Notes: generated by a model not told the origin, from the sequence alone. A stretch of DNA of 64,000 bases from the human T2T-CHM13v2.0 reference genome, Homo sapiens (GCF_009914755.1 NC_060931.1); one strand, 5' to 3'. Positions 21,497 to 36,426 are shown, numbered from the stretch's first letter. Program-made: numbers and translations.

Positions 21497-22160
21497 TTAG
21501 AATGTTAGGGTTAAAGGCGTAATAGATTTTATTATGCTTCTTATTTAATAGATTTTATTATTAAAAGTTCAGTCTCTTTTTAGATAAGGCAATCTAATCC
21601 CACAAAAACGAACTTAACTCCAAAGTAATTCAGATAGTCAAGGACAGAATTTAGACCAGAGCTAAGGTCTTTTGAATCTTAATCTGGAGTTATTCTATAT
21701 ATTTTATATTAAAAAATCTGTTTTCCAAAAAAGAATATGCATTGTATAAGCAAGTACCTGTGAAACTAAAATGAGAGAACAGGTAATAAGCACTTCTTAA
21801 AAGAAAATAAATAAATAAATAAATAAAAATAAGCACTTCTTGTTCTTAAGTGCCTAAGATCAAGTCTCTTGATCTGTTAAAGCAACAAAGTTGGGTAAGT
21901 GCAATTTCAGACTTATGGTAGTAAATGCTGACTATAGCATTGTTTTAGCATTTAGTTCCTTGTAATGATAAAGACAGACAATTTCTAACAATGTGTACCT
22001 TCTCATTTCCTTCTATTTGAATATTTGTATCTAATAAGATAAATATCTTGCCAAGTTTCATAAACACCTATTGAATAAAGATTAATTTCATTGAAAATTC
22101 ATACATTGGTTTCACAACAACATGAGGCAACTGTTAACACCTGTTTTTGCTTCTGGCCAG

Positions 22161-22313
22161 ATCTGGATGTGTGGCGGTAAGCTCTTCATCATCCCTTGCT
22201 CTAGAGTAGGACACATTTTCCGAAAAAGGCGACCATATGGATCTCCCGAAGGCCAGGACACCATGACACACAACTCTTTGCGGCTGGCACATGTCTGGTT
22301 GGATGAATACAAG
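22161..22313 (+). CDS. GALNT11: GALNT11 exon 8
   Basis: [51 protein letters not shown]; ggccag| and |gtgaga. Confidence 0.97.
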
Positions 22314-23465
22314 GTGAGATGAAATTTCTTGTTTAGAAGGATGAATGATAGGCCGGCAGTGACTGGCCTAGTGATAGCTTTAGTTGCTTACTTTTCACTC
22401 TGGCATATTTCTCTTGGTTAACCTTCACCTTAGGGCCAACTCTTTCTAGTTTCCCCCCACCCCCTTCACCTAGTACTTCACTTCTTTCTGGTTCTAATCT
22501 GACTCTTTTAATTTTGTAAGTGTCTACTCCATAAGAAGTAATGCGGCTAATGTTGGAAGAAATTCCATCTTCAGTTTCTTTATTCCGTCTGGTCTCTCTA
22601 TTGTGACGCCTGCAAAAGTTGGCTTTCTTTTTTTTTTTTTGAGACAGGGTCTTGCTTTGTCACCCAGGCAGGAGTGCAGTGGTGTGATCACGGCTCACTG
22701 CAGCCTCAGTCTCCTGGGCTCAAGTGATCCTACTGCTTCAGCCTCCCAAGTAGCTGGGACTATAGGCATGTGCTACCATGCCTGGATAATTTTTTTTAAA
22801 AAGTGTTTTTTTTTTTGTTTGTTTGTTTTTTTAGAGATGGGATCTCACTGTGTTGCCCAGGCTGGTCTTGAGCTCTTGGGCTCAAAAGATCCTCCTGCCT
22901 TGGCCTCCCGAAGTGCTGGGACTACGTGTGTGAGCCACTGTGCCAGGCCTGGCCTTTTCTTTTACTCATTGGACTTCGTGGTGACCCAATCCCGTTTCTT
23001 CCCCTGTTAGAGGGCACATTTAGAATTACTTCCCACTTTCTCTTCTGCCTTAGGTCACTTTATATATTTTCTTTGTAATGATTTATTGAAGTATAATCCA
23101 AAAATTGATTTTGGAATATTTTATCACTGCAAAAAGAAGTCCATAGCCTTCGATCATCTCCCCAAAGTCTCCCTCTCTGCCTCAGCCCTAGACAGCCAAT
23201 AAGCAACCATTAATCTACTCCTTGTCTCTACTTAATTTGCCTTTTCTGGATATTTCCTACAAATGGAATCATAAACTATGTGGTCTTTTCTGTCTGGCTT
23301 CTTCAGTTGAGCATGGCGTTTTCAGGTTCATCCGTGCCGTTCCATGTATGGGTCTGCATTCCTTTTTATTGCCAAATAATATTCCATTGTATGAACAGAC
23401 CACATTTTACTTTATCCACCAGCTGATCAACATTTAGGTTGTTTCCACTTTTTTTTTTTTTTTGA

Positions 23466-23785
<320 letters not shown>

Positions 23786-24021
23786 TTTTGGGGGATAAAA
23801 GATGAATAAGGAAGTGCACAGTAATTTTTCACACCGTGAGGGAAATGTCAACAGAGACATGTAGCTTGTGCTGGAATGACAGGGACACAGTGGTGCACTG
23901 TGTTTGGGGGCAGTAGGGACTCCACAGTGCTTCTCCTACAGCACTGTTTATCTCCCCTCTCCCTCCTTGACCAGACTTTGAGGTCTAATTCCATGCTCAT
24001 CTCTGAATCATCACTGGCTAC

Positions 24022-25878
<1,857 letters not shown>

Positions 25879-26042
25879 ATCTCATATATACGCCTGTTTC
25901 ATTGATTCTCAGATACAGTTTAAGGTACATGTTATTATCATTGTTAGTAATGGACTTAATCGTGTAAAAAATCTCTATATAGTTGTATCATCATTTTTAA
26001 CAAAAAATTCGATTTTCTTATTTTTACTTTTTTTAAATTCAG

Positions 26043-26261
26043 GAGCAGTATTTTTCCTTAAGACCTGACCTGAAGACGAAAAGCTATGGCAATATCAGTG
26101 AGCGTGTGGAACTGAGAAAGAAGTTGGGCTGTAAATCATTTAAATGGTATTTGGATAATGTATACCCAGAGATGCAGATATCTGGGTCCCACGCCAAACC
26201 CCAACAACCCATTTTTGTCAATAGAGGGCCAAAACGACCCAAAGTCCTTCAACGTGGAAGG
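26043..26261 (+). CDS. GALNT11: GALNT11 exon 9
   Basis: [44 protein letters not shown]...LQRGR; ttcag| and |gtaaga. Confidence 0.97.
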
Positions 26262-27563
26262 GTAAGAAAGCTGTTTTTTCCAAGTGGCTTATGAAAAGCG
26301 TTTGATATGAAAAGTTTTGAGGTGTCCATAAGCTATGACAGGTGACACTGTGGACTTAACAGAGTGTAATGACAGGCTTCAGCTTGCCTTTCATTATATT
26401 CTCTTTATGGGAACTTCTCTACGCAAGTGTAGGACCTCAAGTGTAGATCCTTGCCTTGCCGGCATAGCTGCCTTCTGTGAGGGTAAGTTATGTGACGCTT
26501 TCCAAGAGCGCAGAGGCATATGGGAATACACCCCGGACAGAGGCCATGGAAGTGTCAACTTCGTGTGTCAGAGGCCAGGCCAACAAGTGGAGAAATGGGG
26601 CAGTGATCTGCTATTTGCTCTTAGCTCTGGGAACCAAATCACAGAGCAGAGGTGGTAGTGAGGGTCAGAGTGGGGACATGGATTTCATGCCTGGTGTTCC
26701 CAGAAGTCATCTGAGCTCAGCAGAAAGCACATTGATCAACCACATTTCCTTAGCTGTCTTTGTGTCTTAAACTCATTACAGTTATATAGTCACAGTTAAA
26801 TTGTAGGGGTCCGGCCATAAAATCATCCCCTTCTCCTGAGTCATCTCTTAGAGTTGGCTTCTAAAAGCTAAGGGCAGGTACTGTCTGTGTTGCCCAGTGT
26901 CCCTTCTTTTATGAAGAAGGCACTTCTCCCAGAGCAGTGTCAACTCTCCCTCAGTGGCTAGGAGGAAGCCTAGAGCTTTCCCCCTTCCTCTTCTCTCTAC
27001 CCTATAATAAGACAAAAACAAACCCAGTATCAGGATGTTTAGTGTCAGGTGTTTTTCTCTAAGTAGGAGAGAGCAGTGTGTGCCCATGTAGTTGATCGCT
27101 TACCATTATTATTTCTTGCTGTTTGTCTCACCCTCGCAGTTCTGTGATAGTTGTCACCGGTGTCTCTCCAGTGTAGCATGCATATTGCATTTCATTGTGT
27201 ACTTTTTTATACATGTTGTTCTTATATCCCTGACTTCATTTGAAGGTTCTTTAGGGCAGGGATGACATTTTAATTTCTTTCATCTGCTGTAGATTAGTAA
27301 ACATGTATATGTAGCTAGAATTCCTAGCTGACACTGTCTGCATGTTAAAACTGCTAATAACTTTTGGAGTTATAACTTTTGTCTATCTTGATGCTCCTGT
27401 GTTCTGAGGCTAGAACTTAGGAATTAAAAATGCATATATTTTTATGAGCCTTGGAATTCGTACCTCCGGAATAACCTTTCACATTTTGCCTGGAACCACC
27501 TCCAGGCTTGGGAGGCGTCTCTGGGATTGTTTCCCACATTCTGAGCTGTGCCTTCTCTTACAG

Positions 27564-27668
27564 CTCTATCACCTCCAGACCAACAAATGCCTGGTGGCCC
27601 AGGGCCGCCCAAGTCAGAAGGGAGGTCTCGTGGTGCTTAAGGCCTGTGACTACAGTGACCCAAATCAG
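27564..27668 (+). CDS. GALNT11: GALNT11 exon 10 (ricin-B lectin alpha)
   Basis: [35 protein letters not shown]; ttacag| and |gtgagt. Confidence 0.96.
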
Positions 27669-27782
27669 GTGAGTGACACCTCGGGGCTCACAGCCAGTGT
27701 CCGCAAGGAGGCTTCCAGTGTAGGGAAGCTGCTGCCAGTCACTCCTGAGGACATCAGTGTCTACTATTCTGGCTTTTCTTAA

Positions 27783-27911
27783 CCCATTTCTGTGTAGTGT
27801 TGCGTTATTGGAACGCTAAGCTTATGGGGGTTATCTATATCCTAGTGCTCAAGGTCACCGCCAGGGTCTGATTTTTCACCGAAAAAAACTGCAACCTCCA
27901 GCATAAATGGG
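27783..27911 (+). mobile_element. MER85 (non-autonomous piggyBac/PGBD3 element)
   Basis: TTAA|CCCATTTCTG...CATAAATGGG|TTAA; internal GTTGCGTTATTGGAACGCTAAGC matches the recalled MER85 consensus. Confidence 0.9.
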
Positions 27912-28477
27912 TTAAAAGGAAGAGAGTGGCCTTAGATGACACCTCAGTCAGCTACTTTCGTCTCCTTTGTATGTTTTTCCTATCTCTGCTCGTCGTCATA
28001 GAGCATTTTAGTTGTTTACACCATTATTTGTACTTTCTAATATTATGCGGAATAAATTGTGACTTACGAGCCATAGGAATTTGTTAGAAATGGCCAAGGG
28101 AAGCACTACAGAATTTCAGTTGATTCCATTCACCTAATTTCATTTCAGCTTATGTATGTCTCCTAAATAATATTAAAACGGGCCTAAAAATCAGCAAATA
28201 ACTTCAGTTTAGAACGGTAATTTCAAACTCGTTTATGTCTGATAAAATAGCATAATGGAACAGCAGTCTAATCTCATAAATTGTAGTGTCTCATTTCTAT
28301 TTTAGTGGTGGGTTGGTGTCACTCAGAAAGGAAAAAAAAAGCCACTTGGGCTTTTGGGTAAATAATGTGTGCTGTGATGTGTGCTGTGAGATGTCATCCA
28401 GCGCTCCACCAGAAGAGGTCACGCCCACTGTCTCAGGTGATACGTGTGTTGAAAATGTAGTTTAAAAGGGATTTCTG

Positions 28478-28770
<293 letters not shown>

Positions 28771-29717
28771 AAGGGATTTCTGTGCATCTTCTGGGTAGAA
28801 GAGGTGGCAGTGTTGTGGAAGTATTAAAATCGCGGTGACGCAGTTTCAGTGGTGTAGGTCACAGTGAGATGAGAGCTGAAATTTGTTCCAGAAAATATAA
28901 GTTGGGGTGATGGAGTTATCCTATTCTAAGGCTAACTTAGTTATGCTTATTGCTTAGTTATGCTTATATGCATAGTTGTGCTAATTCTGTAGCCACTAGT
29001 CACATTTCAAGTGTACAATAGCTGCATGTGGCCAGTAGCTCCCTTATTGGACACAGGCTATGAGACAATAACAGTGTTGCAGAAAATTCTCTCACAGCTC
29101 CCTATGACTCTGATTCAGGGTCTTCATATTAGTGAACACTGCACACATCCATTTGGGTTCTATGAGTTGAAGCAATGAGTAAATAGAACAGAAGAGAATA
29201 GGTTCCTTTTGAGCATAGTGATGGCGCATGTTGGAGAGTGAGTTGTTCACTGCACTTGCCATGTCACCCAGTTGTGTTCCTGAAGATAATCTGTGATTCA
29301 GCCTGTGCACTTCCTGACTGCCCCGATGAGGCATCGACGAAAATGGCAGCCGTGTGCCCTTCTGTCTCCAGAGGGTCAGCCAGAGGCTGTCGGGCTCCTC
29401 TGTCACCTACACAGTCCAGGAATTAAGAGAGTTATGTAATTGTTAAACCCTAAAATTGGAAAAGAGTTAATTCAGTCAAATTCAATGAACAAAATTCAGC
29501 CACTGCTTAGGTTTCTTCCCAGAATAGCACCTCACTTTCTCCTGCCTTAGCTATCTGAAGTGGAATGAACCAAGTTGAAATCTGCTTCCCTGTAAGTCTA
29601 GTGCATTGGTCTGTTTCTGCTTTGAGACCTTACAGAATCAATATGTGGAAGAATATGCAAAGTGTTGTTCAGTCTTAAAATTCGTTATCTAAATTTTATT
29701 TTATTTTTCTTCTCTAG

Positions 29718-29855
29718 ATCTGGATCTATAATGAAGAGCATGAATTGGTTTTAAATAGTCTCCTTTGTCTAGATATGTCAGAGACTCGCTCATCAGACCC
29801 GCCACGGCTCATGAAATGCCACGGGTCAGGAGGATCCCAGCAGTGGACCTTTGGG
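29718..29855 (+). CDS. GALNT11: GALNT11 exon 11 (ricin-B lectin beta)
   Basis: [46 protein letters not shown] with CLD and QxW motifs; ctctag| and |gtgagg. Confidence 0.96.
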
Positions 29856-29970
29856 GTGAGGAGTGCTCGGTGATGTTGGGAGAATGCGCAGAGGCCCACA
29901 AGGTTGAGTGAGGGAGTGTGGCAGATGAACTCATTTTCTACCTTGGGGGTGGTCTTCTCAGTCTGCAGTA

Positions 29971-30333
29971 CAGTGGTCCCCCCAGAAACCACAGGTAGTA
30001 CAAACCCTGTATATACTGTATTTCTTTCTAGAGATACACCTGTGATAAATTTATCAATTAGGCACAGTAAGAGGTTCACAACAATAACTGAAATGAAACG
30101 GAACAGTTAGAACAGCATACTGTGGTTGCGCAGTGGCTCCCGCCTGTAATCCCAGCACTGAGAAGGCGGAGGTGGGCGGATCGCCGTAGCCCAACAGCCT
30201 GTTTGTTTTCTCTATAAAAACAAATCAGTATACTATAATACAAATTGTGATTGCGGTCAGAAAATATCTTATTGTATTGTGCTGCAGATAACAAACAGCA
30301 GAAAACTAACCTTTGGCTAAGAGGGGACTATTG
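29971..30333. mobile_element. MER44/Tigger7-type element with a small Alu-monomer insert
   Basis: TA|CAGTGGTCCCC...GGGGACTATTG|TA termini; internal tcaattaggcacagtaagag; Alu-left-arm-like piece at about 30125-30200. Confidence 0.75.
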
Positions 30334-30432
30334 TATCCCTTAATCTGAATTCTTAAGTGCTCCATCTCTCCTCTGGATTTCCATGTTTTGCCAGTAATTG
30401 GCAGTATTTTTTTGTTGCTACCTTTTTTTCAG

Positions 30433-30564
30433 AAAAACAATCGGCTATACCAGGTGTCGGTTGGACAGTGCCTGAGAGCAGTGGATCCCCTGGGTCAGAA
30501 GGGCTCTGTCGCCATGGCGATCTGCGATGGCTCCTCTTCACAGCAGTGGCATTTGGAAGGTTAA
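30433..30564 (+). CDS. GALNT11: GALNT11 exon 12 coding part (lectin gamma, stop)
   Basis: [43 protein letters not shown] ending TAA; summed CDS 1827 nt. Confidence 0.97.
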   Translation, partial: KNNRLYQVSVGQCLRAVDPLGQKGSVAMAICDGSSSQQWHLEG

Positions 30565-30748
30565 GGTGGATGCTGTGGCGGGAACGTTGCTTCATCAGGC
30601 GTTGCCTCCGGTGTGGAGTTTGGGGCTTTAGGAAAGCCTGGGTTGGGTGGAGCAGAACCATCTTGGAGAAGATGACAGTTCCCTGTCCTCCCGGAGATGC
30701 CTGGGTGTGTTAGCAGAGGTGACACGTGTCTGACAGAGACGGGAGCTC

Positions 30749-30797
30749 TGAGTGTCCACGGGTGAAGAAGTGAGTGTCCACGGGTGAAGAAGTGAGT
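30749..30797. repeat. 22-bp tandem duplication in the GALNT11 3'UTR
   Basis: TGAGTGTCCACGGGTGAAGAAG x2 plus TGAGT. Confidence 0.95.
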
Positions 30798-31206
30798 ATG
30801 TTTCACCTGGACATTAAGGTGATGTTTGAGCTGCTGTTAAGGAATTTCTTGCTTATAGAGGCAAACCACAGTATCATTTTAACTCTAGAATTGGGCTTGT
30901 ACAGAAGGATAAAACCCAGGAAAATGGATATTTCTATTCAGATTTATTTATGCCTCTTTTTAATCCCCTTTAATGATGCAGTGGTTTTTATCTGATCAGG
31001 AACTTGTCATGATTTCCTTTCTTAGACTTCATAGGAGATAGTGCTTTAAAAAAAAAAAAAACTTCTATTATTTGTTTAGTATGTTGTAAGTAGATCATTT
31101 TAAAAAACTGAATCTATATTATGTTTAACTTCAGAAGGCATCATTTATAAGACAGTATGGCAGTTAATTATAAAATTATTTTGATGAATTATGATACAAT
31201 CTACAT

Positions 31207-31212
31207 AATAAA
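31207..31212 (+). terminator. GALNT11 poly(A) signal AATAAA
   Basis: AATAAA followed by a T/GT-rich downstream element (ttttgtcttgtattgggg). Confidence 0.8.
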
Positions 31213-32835
31213 GAATCCTTTTGATTATTTAGGATATTTTGTCTTGTATTGGGGCCTCTGGTCTGAGGTGTGTTGCATGCTCTTGGATTCAGGTGATGAC
31301 CCAGTAGGCTCGGTAGAGTCCTCTGCCTCTCAAGACGCGTCCCAGTTTCTTAGCTTGAGCTGTGTGACCTTAGATACTGGACATCAAAGTTGCCTGTGCA
31401 GCACCCAGGGAGAGCTGCTCAACCGGCAGTTGGATATAGAGGTCAGACTCTTGGAAGACGTAGCTCAATTAGAGAATACATTTGGGAATCACCTGCATAT
31501 ACTAAAAATTCTGAAATATAAAGTGAAGTTTCCTCCCAAACCACATCTTAAGAGGAGAGATGGTCTCATATTGCAGGGGATGCACTCAGATATTTTATCT
31601 GAACCACAAAACAGTTTGCCACATCCTAAATATTTTATCTGTCATTTGACTTCAAAGGCCAGGATGGTACATATGGAAAACAAGAGCAGCAAGATGGCAG
31701 ATTGAAATCCAACAGTGTCAATAATCACATTAAGTGTAATGAATGTAAATGCCACAGTTAAAAGGCAGATTAGATAAAAATGCAAGATCCAACTATATGC
31801 TGCCTGTAAGAAACTCACTTTATGAATACATTAAAATTAGAAGGATGGGAAGATAGATATATGAAAGACATCTGAATAGATAGACAAAGTAGATTTCAGC
31901 ACAGAGAATATTACTACAGATGATATAGAGGGTCATTTCATGAATAAAAGGTTCAACTTATCAAGAAGAAATAATCCCAAAGTTCTGTTAAAATTGCAAG
32001 AAGTACACGCATCCACAATTGTAGTAAGAGATTTCAACACACCTCTCAATAATTGATAGAACAAGTAGACAGAAAAACAACCATCTTGGCCTAATTGACA
32101 CTACCCAGCAACACAATACTTGGAACATTTACCAAGATAGACCATATTCTGGGATATTGAGCAAGGTGTGATATACGTATAGAAATTCAAGTCATGCAAA
32201 GTAGAATAGAAATCAATAACAGACACTTGGAAAAATCTCCAAATATTATAAAAAACTAGCACACTTCCCAATACCTTATGGGTCAGAGAAAAAAATCAAA
32301 AGGCTATTTTGAACTGACCAAAAATGAAAATACAACAGTGTGTGGCATGCAGCTGAAGCAGTACTTGGAAGTTTTATAGCATTAAGCACCTATATTAGAA
32401 AAGGATACAAGTCTCAATGACTTTAGCTTCCATCTTAACAGAAAAAGAGCAAGTTAGACAAAGAGGCAGAAATGAAATATTAAATACCAGAACAGAAATG
32501 AATGAAACAAAACAGAGAAAATAAAGCTAAAAGCTGATTTGAGAGATCAATAAAATTGATAAACCTCTAGCCAAAAAAAAACAAAAAACAAACAAAAAAA
32601 AAAACCACCCTGAAATTACCAACATCAGGAATGAGTTGCAAGCGCACTAGAGTCTACAGATACTAAAAAGCATGCTGAACAGCAGGAGCTCTGATTCACT
32701 GCTGGTGGGAGTGCAAAGTGGTACAGCCACTCTGGCAAGTTTCTTCCTAAACATACTCTTAACCTATGATCCAGCAGTTGTGCTCCTTGGTGTTTACCCA
32801 AAGGAGCTGAAAACCACACGAAGCCTGCACATGGA

Positions 32836-33034
32836 TTTTACAGCAGCTTTATTCATGACTGTCGAAACCTGGAAGCAAGATATCCTTCAGTACAGGAATG
32901 TTTTATAGCAGCTTTATTCATGATTGCTGAAACCTGGAAGCAAGCAAGATGTCCTTTAGTACAGGAATGTTTTATAGCGGCTTCATTCAGGACTGCCGAA
33001 ACCCGGAAGCAAGATGTCCTTTAGTGCATGAATG
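32836..33034. repeat. Triplicated 65-69-bp L1 segment
   Basis: ttttaYagcRgcttYattca...aaaccYggaagcaagatRtccttYagt x3. Confidence 0.9.
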
Positions 33035-33245
33035 GATGAACTATAGTACATTCAGACGATGGAACATTCAGTGCTGAGAAGAATTAAGCCATAAGCCTTG
33101 AAAAGTCATGGAGGGATGTTAAGAATATATTACTCAGTGAAAGAAGCCAATCTGAAAAAGCTACATATTGTACGATTCCAATTATATGGCATTCTGGAAA
33201 AGGCAAAGACAAAAAGATCACTGCTTGCTAGGGGTTATGGGAGAG

Positions 33246-33704
33246 TGTGATGGTTGATTTTATGTCAACTTGACTGAGCTAAAGAATGCCCAGGTAGCTG
33301 TAAGACATGATTTCTGCGAGTGTCTGTGAGGGTGGTTCCAGAAGAGATTAGTGTTTGAATCAGCAGACTCAGGAAAGAAGATCCTCTCTCACGAATGTGG
33401 GTGGGCACCACTCAATCCATTGGGAGCCCAAATAGAACAAAAAGGTGAAGGAAGGGTGACTTGCTCTCTCCTTGGAGCTAGATGTCAGCGTTCTGGCTCT
33501 CAGGCCTTTGGACTCAGACCAGGACCTGCATCATTGGCTCCCCTGGGCCTCAGGCCTTCAGCCTTGGGCTGGAACAACATCACTGCCTTTCCTGGGCTTC
33601 CACCTTGCAGGCAGTAAATCATAGAGTATCTCAGTCCCTCATAATCTTTCTGTATTTCTATACATCCTATTGGTTCTGTTTTTCTGGAGAACCCAGCTAA
33701 CACA
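33246..33704 (+). mobile_element. MLT2 (ERVL) solo LTR inside an L1 3' end
   Basis: TGTGATGGTTGATTTTATGTCAACTTGACTG...TTCTGGAGAACCCAGCTAACACA; 5-bp flanks GAGAG/GGGAG. Confidence 0.85.
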
Positions 33705-36171
33705 GGGAGGGAGGGATGAGCAGGTAGAGCACAGACGATTTTTATATCCTACATGAATATAGAAAAATTTCCTTACAAAAATTAGCAAATCAAATCCAGC
33801 AACATATAAAAAGGGTGATACATTATGAACAATTTGGTTTTTGCCCAGGAATGCAAAGATGGTTTAACATTAGAGATTTGATTACGATAATTTACAGTGT
33901 TTGTTAGTAATACAGGGGGAAAGGCATACGCAACCTTGCAGGAAAAAAATGTAGAAAAAAAATTGACAGAATTCAACACCCACTTATGATAAAAACTCAG
34001 CAAACTAGGAATGGAAAGAAAATTCCTCAACTTCATACAGTGCATCTATGGAGGTACTATAGCTAGCCTCATACAGTGTGAAAGATGATAGGCAACAAGG
34101 CAAAGACACCTGTTCTCACCTCTCCTAGCCAGCGCAATACAGCAAGAAAAAGAAAGCCATGTACATTAGGAAGGAATAAGTAAAAGTGTATTTATTTGCA
34201 GACTATGATCAAGTAATGCAGAAAATCATAGGACGTCTTCAAAACTACTATTTATCAGGACCACAAAAAAATCAATATAAAAATGAATACTTCATATTGG
34301 CAACAAACAGCTCAAAACTGAAGTTCATGGTATTGTGATTGCAGTTTACAATAGTATCCAAAATATAAGAATTTAGGGTACATATGACAAAATATGTGTA
34401 AGAGTTGTATGATGAAAAGTAGAAAACATTGCTGAGAAAAATTAAGATTAAATAGAGAATTATACTACATTCCTGATTGGAAGGCTCAGTGTTAATAAGA
34501 TGTTAATTCTCCACAATTTGATCTATGGATTTAATGCTACTTTTAATCAAAATCCCAGTACGCTTTTTGTGGAAACTGATAATTTAATTTTAAAATTGAT
34601 ATGGAAATGCATAGGACTAAGAGTGGCCAAAATAATTTGAAAGAAATAAAGTTGGAGGATTTACACTAATTCGACTTACTATGCTGTGGACTTACGGATA
34701 ATGAATTGATTGGTGGAAGAGAAATAGACCCACACATATATGGCCAATTGATTTGCAGCAAAGGAGCCAATACAATGCAGTGGGGAGGGGAAAATTACTA
34801 TAACACATGGTGCTGCAAGAATCTGATATCCCTGTGGACAGAAATTACCTGTGACACCCCTGCCACTACCTTATACCACAAATAAACATTATTTTAAGAT
34901 CTAAACATAAAAACTAAAATTACAAAGCTTTTAGAAGAAAATGTAGGAGAATATCTTCATGACTTTAGGGTAGGCAAAGATTCCCTAAGCACTCATTAAA
35001 GAGCCAGCCATTGGCCAGGCCTGGTGGATCATGCCTGCAATCCCAGTACTTTGGGAGGCCAAGGCAGGAGGATCGCTTGAAGCCAGAAGTTTCCAGACCA
35101 GCCTGGTCAACATAGTGAGAACCCGTCTCTATTTGAAAAAGATAAAGGCCAGGCACAGGTGGCTCATGCCTGTAATCCCAACACTTTGGGAGGCCAGTGT
35201 GGGAGGATTGCTTGAGCTCAGGAGTTAGAGACCAGCCTGGGCAACATAGTGAGATCCTGTCTTTAATAAAACTTTTTTTTTTTAAAAGAACTAGCCATAA
35301 AATATTAACAAATTGAACTTCAGAATTAAACTTCTGTTTATCAAGACACCATTGAGAAAATGAAAAAAGCCACAACTGTATTCAAGGGTTTGTGTTTAAA
35401 ATTCAGTACTAAAAAGACAACCCAATTTTCAAAATGGACAAAATATTTGGATATGTCACCAAAGTATAAATAGCTCAATATATGAAAAGGTGTTCAGTAT
35501 CATGGTCATCAAAGAAATGCAAATTAAAACGACATTCAGATGCCACTTTACATCCATTAAAATGGCTGAAATAAAACAGACCCACATGGGGGCTTCTCAG
35601 GAAATTGCAGGAAAGGTTGCAACACAGCTTTCAGATTTTGCCTAGTCAACATCCACATAAAATTAAAGCAACTAGAGAGGCAAACCCAAAACCCATGGAT
35701 GGTATTTTCAAAGTAGGTAGGTGGCAAGGTAGCTGCAAATTCTCTAAAGCAGGTAGGAGGAGCTGGATGCCTGAGACCTGTGTGGCAGAAAGCCAGGCAA
35801 GCTCCAGGCAGACGGTGTGTTGAGGAGCGGAGGACATGGAAAGGCAATGGTGGCCGCAGGAAACCGAGGAATCAGTGCAGCAAACACTGCGGGGGCGTCT
35901 GCCTCTCCAGCACTAGGCAGCGGCAGGGGTCCCTGGGGGAGGGAGGGCTTAGGGGATGAAGACTTCTAGTTCCTTTGAACTGATGAAACTGCCAGGGAGT
36001 GGAATCAAAATTGAGCAAGACAGGGATAATAGAGAAACAGTAGTAAGTGAATAAGAATAAAGAAAAAGGACACAGCTTGGAGAAGTAGAGGGAAGTGAAG
36101 CCAAGCATTGGCAGAAGGAGTGACCATAGCTTTAGCAGTGCAGGAAAACAGAAGAGGGAGCTCTGCGAGGC

Positions 36172-36426
36172 TGGGAAAGCCGTCTGAGCCAGGCTGCCCG
36201 TGTGGGAAAGCCGTCTGGGCCACGCTCCCCGGTGTGGGAAAGCCGTCTGGACCAGGCTCCCCAGCGTGGGAAAGCCGTCTGGGCCACGCTCCCCGGTGTG
36301 GGAAAGCCGTCTGGACCATGCTCCCCTGCGTGGGAAAGCCGTCTGAGCCAGGCTGCCCCACGTGGGAAAGCCATCTGGACCATGCTCCCCTGCGTGGGAA
36401 AGCCGTCTGGGCCACGCTCCTCCATG
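36172..36426. repeat. Minisatellite, 8 x 32-bp units (TGGGAAAGCCGTCTGRRCCABGCTSCCCNNYG)
   Basis: Units start at 36172, 36203, 36235, 36267, 36299, 36331, 36363, 36395 (first unit is 31 bp). Confidence 0.95.

Larger units (their letters stand above)
30565..31230 (+). other. GALNT11: GALNT11 3'UTR (end approximate)
   Basis: From stop codon to about 20 nt past the AATAAA. Confidence 0.8.
31690..35570 (+). mobile_element. Degraded L1M fragments (endonuclease to 3' end) with MLT2 and Alu inserts
   Basis: gatccaactatatgctgcctgtaagaaactcac; gaattcaacacccacttatgataaaaactcagcaaactaggaat; many disablements. Confidence 0.8.

Noticed and set aside
26040-26048. CAG GAG CAG tandem acceptors at GALNT11 exon 9 (also CAGGAG at exon 6)
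   Set aside because: GAG acceptors are rarely used and such motifs are common by chance
31157-31705. 182-aa ORF at the GALNT11 3' end
   Set aside because: Straddles the poly(A) site, runs through repeat-like sequence and has no recognisable domain
36172-36426. 32-bp repeat array as CRISPR-like, and its 104-211 aa ORFs as genes
   Set aside because: Units are contiguous with no unique spacers, in human DNA. The ORFs arise because the repeat has few stop codons
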